64,000 nucleotides of DNA from Thermodesulfobacteriota bacterium. GTDB lineage: Bacteria; Desulfobacterota; Desulfarculia; JACQYL01. The position numbers and the translations under genes are program-made. The stretch spans positions 3,584,001-3,648,000 of the forward strand of contig CAXXLZ010000002.1 in NCBI GenBank assembly GCA_963675595.2, written 5' to 3'. Shown one piece after another: positions 1 to 9,398 of this stretch; positions within the stretch are counted from its first letter, which is position 1, and every line of letters begins with the position of its first letter. The notes under the pieces were generated by a model that did not search any database, was not told where the DNA came from, and was given only the letters and a program-made list of their open reading frames with translations.

Positions 1-2
1 CC

Positions 3-1544
3 CCCATGATCACGGTGGAAGGTACCATCAAGACGGACGGAGGTACGCCCTTACTCGGGGTGGTCGTCAACTATGCCGGAACGGGCGGAGCCGGGTCCGC
101 CGGCGTCGATATCCAAGGCAAATACTCCTTTCAGGTGCTTTCCGGCTGGAGTGGAACCGCCACGCCGTCTCTCAGCGGCTATACCTTCAGTCCCGCATCC
201 AGGACATACACCGGTCAGACCACCGATGTGACCAACCACGACTACACGGCATACGTGCAAACCGTGACCATTTCAGGCTCCGTTACTTTCGGGGGCGCGG
301 GGCTGGGCTCGGTGACAATGACCGTAAGCGACGTGGGAACCGTTTCGACCGACGCATCCGGTTCCTATAATGCGGATGTTCCCATCGGGTGGACCGGAAC
401 GGTCACTCCTTCTCTGGTCGGTTATTTCTTTATGCCGGCATCGAAAAGCTACACTTCCGTGGCTTCCTCCCAAACAAACCAGGATTTCAGCGCGTTTGCG
501 GCCCCGCCTCCCATGATTACCGTGTCCGGAACGATCCTTGAAACGGGAACGGGAAACCCGGTGAACGGAGTCGACATCGACTACAGCGGAGTAGGGGGCG
601 CGGGAACGGCCGTAACGGATCCTCAAGGGGAATACTCATTCCAGGTTCTATCCGGATGGAGCGGAACCGCCACGCCTTCCCATTCGAGATATTCCTTCTA
701 TCCGCCGACAAGGATGTACAACAAGGAAACCACCGATCAATCGAACCATGATTACTTGGCGACGCCCACCATCGTGAGCATCGTGGGGGAGATCACCACA
801 AGCACGGGGACGCCCATTCCCGGAGTGAACGTGAACTACGGCGGCGACGGCATCACCGGCGTCGTGGCCACCGGGGGCGTGGGGCAATACTCCTTCGACG
901 TTCCTTACGGCTGGAGCGGTACGGCCACACCCTCGTACGGCAGCTACTCCTTTTCCCCGACTTCCAGGTCCTATACGTCCGTGCCGTCCGATCAATTCAA
1001 TCAGAACTACACGGGAACCCAGTCGCTTCCCCAGACCGTGTCCGTATCGGGTACCATTACTTATTTCGGAGACTACCTCGGCGGCGTCGCGGTAGCCTTC
1101 AGCGGCGTCGGACAGACTACGACGGATGCGTTCGGGCATTTCGTCATGGAAGTTCCCTACCTGTGGAGCGGCACGGCGACACCGTCCCTCGAAGGCTACA
1201 CTTTTTCGCCGGAGTACATGGACTTTGCCAATGTGTCGGCGGACCTCCAGGGGCAAAACTTCACGGCGTCTCAAGCCGAGCCTCAGAGCGTAGTCCTTTC
1301 CGGAATCATAACAGGTCCGGAAGTGGGCGCACCCGCTCCGAACATAACCGTATCCTTTTCGGGGCAGGGGTCCGTAATAACGGATGAGGATGGGTACTAC
1401 CAAAAAGAAGTGCCCGCGTCTTGGAGCGGTTCCGTCACTCCTTCCTATTCGGGATATGGATTCGATCCTCCTTCGTATGAATTCGACGTCGTATCTTCGG
1501 ACCAATGGGGCCTTGACTTTTCGGCCTATCTGGATTGGTTCTGA
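3..1544 (+). CDS. Repeat-rich cell-surface protein, 5'-truncated by the window edge (six ~85-aa beta-rich repeats, carboxypeptidase-regulatory/prealbumin-like)
   Basis: Six repeats of xTVSG...G.YSF.V..GWSGTATPS..GY.F.P...Y. The first MITV follows a Pro codon, mirroring the internal linker PPPMITV, so the gene probably begins upstream. Confidence 0.75.
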   Translation, partial: PMITVEGTIKTDGGTPLLGVVVNYAGTGGAGSAGVDIQGKYSFQVLSGWSGTATPSLSGYTFSPASRTYTGQTTDVTNHDYTAYVQTVTISGSVTFGGAGLGSVTMTVSDVGTVSTDASGSYNADVPIGWTGTVTPSLVGYFFMPASKSYTSVASSQTNQDFSAFAAPPPMITVSGTILETGTGNPVNGVDIDYSGVGGAGTAVTDPQGEYSFQVLSGWSGTATPSHSRYSFYPPTRMYNKETTDQSNHDYLATPTIVSIVGEITTSTGTPIPGVNVNYGGDGITGVVATGGVGQYSFDVPYGWSGTATPSYGSYSFSPTSRSYTSVPSDQFNQNYTGTQSLPQTVSVSGTITYFGDYLGGVAVAFSGVGQTTTDAFGHFVMEVPYLWSGTATPSLEGYTFSPEYMDFANVSADLQGQNFTASQAEPQSVVLSGIITGPEVGAPAPNITVSFSGQGSVITDEDGYYQKEVPASWSGSVTPSYSGYGFDPPSYEFDVVSSDQWGLDFSAYLDWF

Positions 1545-1701
1545 TCGCGTTTTTCCTTCCTGAGGCGCAGCCCGGGTGAGACCCGCACCCGGGCCGCGTG
1601 CGGGATTGATTCATTCGCGACCTGAGATCATTCCGCATCGGCTTCGGACGAATCCGGTCGTAACTCCTTCTTCTGGGGACGTCTCTCCCGCAACATAGTT
1701 C

Positions 1702-1729
1702 TTGACAATTCCGAAGGCAGGAATATACT
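1702..1729 (+). promoter_or_regulatory. Putative sigma70 promoter of the yceD-rpmF-plsX operon
   Basis: TTGACA-16 nt-TATACT. Confidence 0.6.
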
Positions 1730-1770
1730 CAAACTTTTTATCCTCATCGATGTTTCCTGTTGAGGACGGA

Positions 1771-2289
1771 ATGATCATACAGACCGCCAACTTCCCGGAT
1801 GAAGGGCTTGAATTCGACATTGACGAGCCGTCCGATTGGGGAGGTCGAGGTTTTGCCCACGGCCCCGTGAGGGGGCGCGTCCGCGTAGATCGTTCCGGAG
1901 ATTACTTCATGATCCGCGGGGAGGTCCGGACCTCGGTACCCGTTTGTTGCGTGCGGTGCCTTGCGGATTGCCTTGCCGAAGTCAACGCCGACATTTACGC
2001 CGTGCTTGTTTCCGCCGCCCTGATGAAGGCGGCGACACACGATAACTTGGAGTTGACCGCCGAAGATCTGGATGTTGTTACTTACGAAGACGATGAATTT
2101 GATACCGATCCGATCATTGAAGACCAGATATTGCTCTCAATTCCCGAGAATCCTCTTTGCTCGGATGAATGTGCCGGTCTTTGCCCGAAATGCGGCGTCA
2201 ACCGGAACTTGACGCAATGCGAATGCGGACCCGATGAAACAAGCGGCTCTTTCGGCGTGCTGGCCGGTTTTCGGCCGATGAAGTCCTGA
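1771..2289 (+). CDS. yceD: DUF177/YceD family protein
   Basis: CxRC and [14 protein letters not shown] motifs; directly upstream of rpmF; ATG 1771 preceded by GAGGA. Confidence 0.9.
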   Translation: MIIQTANFPDEGLEFDIDEPSDWGGRGFAHGPVRGRVRVDRSGDYFMIRGEVRTSVPVCCVRCLADCLAEVNADIYAVLVSAALMKAATHDNLELTAEDLDVVTYEDDEFDTDPIIEDQILLSIPENPLCSDECAGLCPKCGVNRNLTQCECGPDETSGSFGVLAGFRPMKS

Positions 2290-2323
2290 GAGTATCGGGA
2301 TCAAACAGATTTGGAGATTCCCC

Positions 2324-2500
2324 ATGGCCGTACCCAAACGAAGAAAATCGAAATCGAAGAAGAACATGCGGCGTTCGCATGATCACTTGAGCGCACCCGG
2401 AATTTCCTTGTGCGCCCAATGTGCCGAACCGAAGCTCCCCCACCGCGCGTGTCCCAGTTGTGGGAACTACCGCGGAAGGACTTTCATCGAGACGGAGTAG
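2324..2500 (+). CDS. rpmF: 50S ribosomal protein L32 (zinc-ribbon type); absent from the ORF track
   Basis: Manual translation [22 protein letters not shown]...CAQC...[13 protein letters not shown]; GGAG RBS. Confidence 0.97.
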   Translation: MAVPKRRKSKSKKNMRRSHDHLSAPGISLCAQCAEPKLPHRACPSCGNYRGRTFIETE

Positions 2501-2549
2501 AATTGCAGACGGTTTCCCGCCCGTTTTTCCGCCCGTTCGATGAAAACCG

Positions 2550-3608
2550 GTGAGTCTCACCATGAATCGGGCTGAGTTCCGCATCGCCGTCGACGCGATG
2601 GGAGGCGATTTCGCCCCCGCGGCCCCGGTTGAGGGAGCTGTGTGGGCTGCTCGGGATTTTGGTCAGCCCGTCATCCTCGTCGGCCGACAAAAAGTGGTGG
2701 AAGCCGAGCTGAAGGCCCTCCAAGGGGTTCCCTCTTCCCTGATCGAGATTCACGACGCTCCCGAAGTGGTTGAAATGGACGAGCCTGCCGCCGCGGCGTT
2801 CAAGAAGAAGAAAGGCGCCTCGATCCGGGTGGCCTTCGACTTGGTGAAGCAGGGAAAGGCGCAAGGGGTTGTCAGCGCGGGTAACTCCGGCGCCATCATG
2901 GCGGCGGCCGCATTGGTGTTGGGGCGCACCAAGGGAGTCGACCGCCCGGCCATCGCAGGCATCCTACCGACACTCGAGGGACCCACCGTGCTCATAGACG
3001 TGGGTGCCAACGTGAACTGCAAACCCCACAACCTCTTTCAATTCGGAATGATGGGTGATATCTACGCCCGGAGTATTCTCCAGTTGAAAGACCCCGCGGT
3101 CGCCCTGTTGAGTGTGGGGGAAGAAAGCATCAAAGGCAACGATCTCGTCAAGCGGGTTCACGAGTTACTGCGGAACGCGGACATCAATTTTGTAGGTAAT
3201 GTGGAAGGCAGGGACATTTTCACGGGCAAAACCCAAGTAATTATCTGTGACGGCTTCGTCGGCAATGTCTGCCTCAAATTGGCCGAAGGCATCGGCCAAG
3301 CCTTCGGGCGGATGGTCAAAAAAGAAGTGCGGAAAGGCATCCTGAGCAGTATGGGATTCCTCTTCGCCCGAGGAGCGTTCAATAGAATCGGTTCGAGAAT
3401 GGATTATGCGGAACACGGCGGTGCTCCGCTATTGGGTGTGAACGGCGCCTGCGTGGTATGCCACGGAGCCTCCTCCTCCAAGGCCGTCAAGAACGCCGTC
3501 CGGGTCGCTTCGGAACTGATTCGGAATCGAGTCAACGAGCATTTGACCCGAGGTTTGCAACTCTTCGCTGAAAAGCACCCCGAGGGGACGGCTGAACGGA
3601 GCCGGTAA
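2550..3608 (+). CDS. plsX: Phosphate acyltransferase PlsX
   Basis: IAVDAMGGD, SAGNSGA, DVGAN, CDGFVGN, GAPLLG; start may be ATG 2562. Confidence 0.97.
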   Translation: MSLTMNRAEFRIAVDAMGGDFAPAAPVEGAVWAARDFGQPVILVGRQKVVEAELKALQGVPSSLIEIHDAPEVVEMDEPAAAAFKKKKGASIRVAFDLVKQGKAQGVVSAGNSGAIMAAAALVLGRTKGVDRPAIAGILPTLEGPTVLIDVGANVNCKPHNLFQFGMMGDIYARSILQLKDPAVALLSVGEESIKGNDLVKRVHELLRNADINFVGNVEGRDIFTGKTQVIICDGFVGNVCLKLAEGIGQAFGRMVKKEVRKGILSSMGFLFARGAFNRIGSRMDYAEHGGAPLLGVNGACVVCHGASSSKAVKNAVRVASELIRNRVNEHLTRGLQLFAEKHPEGTAERSR

Positions 3609-3621
3609 TTAGGAGCGCCTC

Positions 3622-4779
3622 ATGGACTATTTCCTGACGGAAGAACAGTTGACCATACGGGACTTGGCGAGGCAGATCGCCGAGTCTAGAATCGTGCCTT
3701 CCCGCGCCGAACTGGACGAGAAGAGCGAATTTCCTCATGAGATCATGAAGGACTTGGCGCAATCGGATCTTTTCGGAATCACCATTCCTGAGGAGTTCGG
3801 CGGTCTGGGGCTGGGATGCATGGAGAACTGCGTGGCCGTTGAGGAAATCAGCCGCGGCTGCTGCGGAGTGGCCACCACTTTCGCCGCGAGCGGACTTGGG
3901 GCCTACCCGATTATTCTGCACGGAAGCGAGGAGCAGAAGAAGAAATACCTGCCGCGTATCGCCTCAGGCGAGTCGTTGGCCGCTTTCGCTCTGACTGAAT
4001 CCACCGCCGGCAGCGACGCGGGCGGTATTATGACGACCGCCGTTCTCGATGGCGATGAATACGTGCTCAACGGTTCGAAGCAGTGGATTACCAACGGAGG
4101 CGAGGCCGACATCTATTCCGTTTTCGTGGTGACGGACAAAGCCAAAGGAGCCCGCGGGGCCACCGCCCTGATCGTGGAAAAGAGCGATCCCGGATTCAGT
4201 TTCGGCAAGAAGGAAGACAAAATGGGAATCCGGGCTTCCGTGACCCGGGAACTCATTTTTGATAACTGTCGTATCCCCAAAGACCGTATTATCCGCAAGC
4301 AGGGAGCCGGTTTCCTCGTTGCCATGAAGACCTTCGATCATTCGCGGCCGGGCGTGGGAGCCCAAGCGGTGGGCGTGGCTCAGGCGGCCCTCGACGAAGC
4401 CGTGAAGTACGCCAAGACTCGAGTTCAGTTCGAGGTTCCCATCATCAGTTTTCAGGCGGTACAACATATGCTGGCGGATATGGCCACGTCCGTTGAAGCC
4501 GCGCGTGCTCTGGTATACTGTGTGGCCAGAAGCATGGATGCCGGTGCGGGCGACACTTCGAAGGTCAGCGCCATGGCCAAGCTGTTTCCCACGGAAATGG
4601 CGATGAAGGTGACCACGGATGCGGTTCAGATACTGGGCGGTTGCGGCTACATGAGAGAGTATCCCGTGGAAAAAATGATGCGGGATGCCAAGATTCTCCA
4701 GATTTACGAAGGAACCAATCAGATTCAGCGGAACGTCATTGGACAAGCACTGAACAAGGAATACACCCGCAAGGGTTAG
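3622..4779 (+). CDS. Acyl-CoA dehydrogenase (butyryl-CoA dehydrogenase-like)
   Basis: FALTE..AGSD, LNGSKQWITNG, KMGIRAS, QILGG.GY, IYEGTNQIQR. Confidence 0.93.
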   Translation: MDYFLTEEQLTIRDLARQIAESRIVPSRAELDEKSEFPHEIMKDLAQSDLFGITIPEEFGGLGLGCMENCVAVEEISRGCCGVATTFAASGLGAYPIILHGSEEQKKKYLPRIASGESLAAFALTESTAGSDAGGIMTTAVLDGDEYVLNGSKQWITNGGEADIYSVFVVTDKAKGARGATALIVEKSDPGFSFGKKEDKMGIRASVTRELIFDNCRIPKDRIIRKQGAGFLVAMKTFDHSRPGVGAQAVGVAQAALDEAVKYAKTRVQFEVPIISFQAVQHMLADMATSVEAARALVYCVARSMDAGAGDTSKVSAMAKLFPTEMAMKVTTDAVQILGGCGYMREYPVEKMMRDAKILQIYEGTNQIQRNVIGQALNKEYTRKG

Positions 4780-4789
4780 GTCGCTTCTC

Positions 4790-5584
4790 ATGAATCTAGT
4801 CGTCTGCGTCAAACAGGTTCCCGACGCCAAAAATATTCGCATCGACCCGGTGACGAACACTCTTCAGCGGCAAGGAGTGGAAAGCATCGTCAATCCGTTT
4901 GATTTGTACGCCCTTGAGGCGGGACTTCGTCTGCGGGATGAATTCGGGGGCAAACTGACCGTGATCTCCATGGGGCCGCCTCAAGCCGAGAGCGTCCTCA
5001 GGGAAGCCCTCTCCTACGGGGCCGATGAGGCGGTACTGCTCAGCGACCGTGCTTTCGCCGGAGCCGATACATTGGCGACCGCCAAGACCCTGGCCGCGTG
5101 TGTGCGTCGATTAAGCCCCTTCGATTTAGTGATCTGCGGAAAGCAGGCCGTCGACGGGGACACGGCCCAGGTCGGTCCCGCCCTGGCTCAATCCCTCGAT
5201 ATCCCTCATGTGGCCTTTGTCGGAACCATGGAAGGCGTTGAAGCGGGTTGCCTCACGGTGCAACGTATGATGGACGACGGTTATGACACGGTCGCCGTGG
5301 AACTGCCCGCTCTGATCACCGTGGTCAAAGAAATCGGAGAGCCCAGGGTTCCTTCCTTCAAAGGGAAGATGCGGGCCAAGAAGCAGCCGGTGCCCGTTTG
5401 GGGCCTCAAAGAACTGGACCTTGCGGAAGACCAAGTGGGGCTCAAAGGCTCAGCCACGTGGGTTGAACGCATCTTTGCTCCCGAGCCGCGAGGAAGACGG
5501 GAAATCCTTGACGGCGACCCGGATACACAGGCGGCGAATCTCCTGAAGCGCCTGAAAGAGGACCAGGTCGTCAAACTCGCCTGA
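4790..5584 (+). CDS. etfB: Electron transfer flavoprotein beta subunit (bifurcating-type motifs)
   Basis: VCVKQVPD, NPFD, SMGPP, FAGADT, GKQAVDGDTAQVG. Confidence 0.95.
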   Translation: MNLVVCVKQVPDAKNIRIDPVTNTLQRQGVESIVNPFDLYALEAGLRLRDEFGGKLTVISMGPPQAESVLREALSYGADEAVLLSDRAFAGADTLATAKTLAACVRRLSPFDLVICGKQAVDGDTAQVGPALAQSLDIPHVAFVGTMEGVEAGCLTVQRMMDDGYDTVAVELPALITVVKEIGEPRVPSFKGKMRAKKQPVPVWGLKELDLAEDQVGLKGSATWVERIFAPEPRGRREILDGDPDTQAANLLKRLKEDQVVKLA

Positions 5585-5642
5585 CCGGACTTTTCGCCCG
5601 TCTTGACCCCGGAATCGCTTGTTTGGAAGGAGCGCGGGATGC

Positions 5643-5671
5643 TTGACACCGGATTTTCGGGCATGTAATAG
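5643..5671 (+). promoter_or_regulatory. Putative internal sigma70 promoter between etfB and etfA
   Basis: TTGACA-17 nt-TAATAG. Confidence 0.45.
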
Positions 5672-5728
5672 AGCGACCTTGACTTTTCCGCTCGGAGCGA
5701 GAACACCAAGAAACCAAGCGCTGAAACG

Positions 5729-6922
5729 ATGAGTATCGGCATAGATCGTGACAAATGCACGGCGTGTGGCGCCTGTGTGGATGCCTGCCCCTTCGGGGTC
5801 ATGGAAATCGTCGGTGAGACGGCCGTCGTAGGGGACGGCTGTACGCTGTGCGGGGCCTGTGAAGAGGCCTGTGCCTTCGAGGCGATCACCATTGTCCGCA
5901 AGACGGGCTCGAGTGAGGCTGCGGCGGCTTATCAAGGCGTGTGGGTGTTCGCCGAGTACAGAGGCGGCAATATCGCGGGGGTCGCCTTCGAGCTTTTGGG
6001 CGAAGGGCGGAAGCTTGCCGAAAAACTGGGGCAGGAACTGAGCGCCGTGATTCTGGGCGGCTGCCTTGACGGTGCGGCGGAGGAACTTGTCGCCCACGGC
6101 GCCGACCGGGTTTTCGTATTCGACCATCCCGACCTTCTTCATTTCCAGGAAGCTACCTACAGCCGGACCATCGCCGGACTCGTCCGTGAACGAAAGCCCG
6201 CCGTCTTGTTGCTGGGGGCGACGGCCATCGGCCGATCTCTCGCTCCGGGAATCGCGGCTTTGCTGGACACCGGTCTCACCGCGGACTGCACGGAGCTGGA
6301 CATTCGTCCGGAAGATCAGGCGCTGCTTCAGACCCGCCCCGCTTTCGGCGGGAACATCATGGCGACCATCGTTTGTGCGGACCGGAGACCGCAGATGGCC
6401 ACGGTGAGGCCCAAGGTGATGAAACGGGCTTCAAGAATCGAAGGTCACCGGGGCGAAATCATTTCCATGGATTTGCCGTCTGAAGCCGTCGACCGGCGCA
6501 TCCGCGTTCTCGGCACGGTGGCGCAACAAGGCGATCTGGTGAATTTGGCCGAGGCGGACGTGATTGTGGCCGGCGGCAGGGGGATTCAGGAGGAAAAGAA
6601 TTTCGCCTTGCTCAAGGAGTTGGCGGACCTCCTCAACGGTTGTGTGGCCGCCACGCGAGGTGCGGTGGACGCGGGTTGGATCGATTATGCTCATCAGGTG
6701 GGTCAGACCGGCCGAACGGTGAGCCCCAAGTTGTATATTGCCTGCGGCGTTTCAGGCGCGGTCCAACATTTGGTGGGTATGCAGTCTTCCGACGTCATCG
6801 TGGCGATCAACAAGGATCCGGAAGCGCCTATATTCAGCGTGGCCGACTACGGCATTGTGGGCGATCTTTTCGAAATCGTGCCCAAACTCATCCAGCAAAT
6901 AAAGAACTCCTTGGGACAATAA
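5729..6922 (+). CDS. etfA: Electron transfer flavoprotein alpha subunit with N-terminal 2[4Fe-4S] ferredoxin domain
   Basis: CxxCxxCxxxCP and CxxCxxCxxxC; GLTADC, TRPAFGGN, QVGQTG, GVSGAVQH. Confidence 0.95.
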   Translation: MSIGIDRDKCTACGACVDACPFGVMEIVGETAVVGDGCTLCGACEEACAFEAITIVRKTGSSEAAAAYQGVWVFAEYRGGNIAGVAFELLGEGRKLAEKLGQELSAVILGGCLDGAAEELVAHGADRVFVFDHPDLLHFQEATYSRTIAGLVRERKPAVLLLGATAIGRSLAPGIAALLDTGLTADCTELDIRPEDQALLQTRPAFGGNIMATIVCADRRPQMATVRPKVMKRASRIEGHRGEIISMDLPSEAVDRRIRVLGTVAQQGDLVNLAEADVIVAGGRGIQEEKNFALLKELADLLNGCVAATRGAVDAGWIDYAHQVGQTGRTVSPKLYIACGVSGAVQHLVGMQSSDVIVAINKDPEAPIFSVADYGIVGDLFEIVPKLIQQIKNSLGQ

Positions 6923-6962
6923 GTCTTCCCGGTTCCCAATTACCCGCACAGGAGAACATGTC

Positions 6963-7706
6963 TTGGAAGCCACGAATCGAGTTATGCTGATCACGGGGGG
7001 CTCTCGAGGGATCGGCCGCGCCGTCGCCCTGAAATTGGCCCGTCCCGGGGACATTTTGTTGCTCAATCATTATGATAAGGACGACGAGGCGGCTCGAGCC
7101 ACCGCCGCCGAGATCGAACAGCTTGGAGCCTCGGCCCGACTCTATTATTTTAACGTGGGCGACTTCGCGGAAGTCGAACGGTTTGTGGGTGAGATGGTCG
7201 CGGAATTCGGCGGCATCCACGTTCTGGTCAACAATGCGGGTATCACCATGGATGCCATGTTCATTCGGATGAAAGAGGAACAATGGGACCGGGTGATCGA
7301 TGTGAATCTCAAAGGCGTATTCAATTGCACCCAGGCGGTCAGCCGTGCCATGATCAAGCAGAGACACGGGAAGATCGTGAGCATTTCCTCCGTGGTGGGC
7401 GCCATTGGAAATGTCGGGCAGGCGAACTACTCGGCCTCCAAAGCCGGGATCATGGGCTTCACGAAATCCGTGGCGAAGGAACTCGCGTCGCGAAATGTCA
7501 ATGTCAACGCAGTGGCTCCCGGATTCATAGACACCGAGATGACGGCGGTGATCCCTGATAAGATCAAAGAAGGCTTTCTTCGCAACGTTCCGATGAACCG
7601 CATGGGAACGCCGGAGGAAGTGGCCGAGGTGGTGGAGTTTCTGTGTTCGGATCGGGCTCGTTACGTTACAGGCCAGATCATTCATGTCAACGGGGGCATG
7701 TACTGA
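6963..7706 (+). CDS. fabG: 3-oxoacyl-ACP reductase
   Basis: TGGSRGIG, NNAGIT, YSASK, VAPGFI; adjacent to acpP; TTG start. Confidence 0.93.
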   Translation: MEATNRVMLITGGSRGIGRAVALKLARPGDILLLNHYDKDDEAARATAAEIEQLGASARLYYFNVGDFAEVERFVGEMVAEFGGIHVLVNNAGITMDAMFIRMKEEQWDRVIDVNLKGVFNCTQAVSRAMIKQRHGKIVSISSVVGAIGNVGQANYSASKAGIMGFTKSVAKELASRNVNVNAVAPGFIDTEMTAVIPDKIKEGFLRNVPMNRMGTPEEVAEVVEFLCSDRARYVTGQIIHVNGGMY

Positions 7707-7813
7707 TCCGTCTCTTGGAGACGAGTCGGACCGCACCTTGAATTAGTTTGAGCCGAATCGGACACCATCTTGTCCGGGAATTGGATAAACAACATCATTG
7801 GGGGGGAAAAATA

Positions 7814-8050
7814 ATGGCGTCTTACGCGGAAAAAGTTAAGCAGATCATCAGTGATCAGCTGGGAGTGGACCTTGCGGACGTTGTCGAGGAAGCGTCCTTC
7901 GTAGACGACCTGGGTGCCGACTCTCTGGACCTGGTCGAACTGATCATGGCCATGGAAGAGGCTTTCAACGTGGAAATCGCCGATGAGGAGGCTGAGACGA
8001 TTCGAACGGTGAAAGACGCGGTCAGTTATATAGAAAATCACCATCCATAA
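7814..8050 (+). CDS. acpP: Acyl carrier protein
   Basis: DLGADSLD phosphopantetheine motif; ATG 7814. Confidence 0.97.
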   Translation: MASYAEKVKQIISDQLGVDLADVVEEASFVDDLGADSLDLVELIMAMEEAFNVEIADEEAETIRTVKDAVSYIENHHP

Positions 8051-8067
8051 GAAAAGGACGAACACTG

Positions 8068-9309
8068 GTGTCCAGAAGAGTCGTCATCACGGGCTATGGC
8101 GTGGTTACCCCTCTAGGAAACAACACCGAGGATACTTGGCGTAATCTGATTGCGGGAAACAGCGGCGTCGGCCAAATCACCCTTTTCGAGACCAAAGGGT
8201 TCCGGACCACCATCGGGGCGGAGGTGAAAAACTTCAATCCCGATGATTATCTGGATAAGAAATCCGTCCGCCGTCTTGACCGCTTCATCCATCTCGCCAT
8301 AGCGGCTTCGGACATGGCCGTAACGGATGCGGGGCTGGACATGTCCGAGGTGAACCCCGAAAGGGTCGGGACGTACGTGGGAACCGGACTGGGAGGGTTG
8401 AATTCGATCGAGCATTACCACGCCGTGCTGAAAGAGGCGGGACCGAACAAGATCAATCCTTTCTTCATTCCCATGCTTATCGGTAACATGGCGCCGGGAC
8501 AGATTTCCATCCGGCACGGAACCAAAGGCCCCAACCTGTGCGTTTCCACGGCATGCGCCGCCGGCTCCCATGCCGTGGGTGAATCCTTGAAGCTCATTCA
8601 GGCGGGCATGGCCGACGTGATGATCTGCGGCGGCAGCGAAGCGGTGATTACCCCTTTGGGGCTCGGCGGGTTCTGCGCCATGCGGGCGCTGTCCGAACGG
8701 AACGATGCGCCCGAAAAGGCTTCCCGGCCGTTCGAGAAGAACCGCGACGGGTTCATCATGGGGGAAGGCAGCGGAATCGTGGTGATCGAAACCCTGGACC
8801 ATGCCAAGGCTCGGGGAGCCAAGATTCGGGCCGAGCTCATCGGGTACGGTCTGTCGAGTGATGCCTACCATATGACCGCTCCCGCCCCGGGAGGGACCGG
8901 CGCGGCCCGTTGCATGGAAATGGCTTTAAAGACCGCGGGAATCCGACCGGAAGAAGTGGACTACATCAACGCGCACGGCACTTCCACGGACCTCAACGAC
9001 GTTTCCGAATACCAGGCCATTCGGACGGTTTTCGGTGATCACACGGATCGAATGCCCGTGAGTTCCACCAAATCCATGACCGGCCATCTGTTGGGAGCCG
9101 CCGGAGGGGTGGAGTCCGTTGTCTCCGTGCTCGTAATGGAGCGAGAAATCATCCCGCCGACGATCAATTACGAGGAGCCGGATCCGGAGATTTCGCTGGA
9201 TGTGGTGCCCAATGAAGCCAGGACCGCAACCGTCGACGTAGTCATGAGCAACTCCTTCGGATTTGGAGGCACCAACGCCAGCTTGATCTTTAAGCGTTGG
9301 GCCGAATAG
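8068..9309 (+). CDS. fabF: Beta-ketoacyl-ACP synthase II
   Basis: TACAAG, NAHGTST, KSMTGHLLGAAG, SNSFGFGG. Confidence 0.96.
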   Translation: MSRRVVITGYGVVTPLGNNTEDTWRNLIAGNSGVGQITLFETKGFRTTIGAEVKNFNPDDYLDKKSVRRLDRFIHLAIAASDMAVTDAGLDMSEVNPERVGTYVGTGLGGLNSIEHYHAVLKEAGPNKINPFFIPMLIGNMAPGQISIRHGTKGPNLCVSTACAAGSHAVGESLKLIQAGMADVMICGGSEAVITPLGLGGFCAMRALSERNDAPEKASRPFEKNRDGFIMGEGSGIVVIETLDHAKARGAKIRAELIGYGLSSDAYHMTAPAPGGTGAARCMEMALKTAGIRPEEVDYINAHGTSTDLNDVSEYQAIRTVFGDHTDRMPVSSTKSMTGHLLGAAGGVESVVSVLVMEREIIPPTINYEEPDPEISLDVVPNEARTATVDVVMSNSFGFGGTNASLIFKRWAE

Positions 9310-9398
9310 TGTCGCAGTCACCGTCTGCGTAGAGTGCCCCTCCTGCGGGAATAGAATCCGCCAAGAGATGGGGGCGAACGGAAAGAAGCTCCAAAGTC

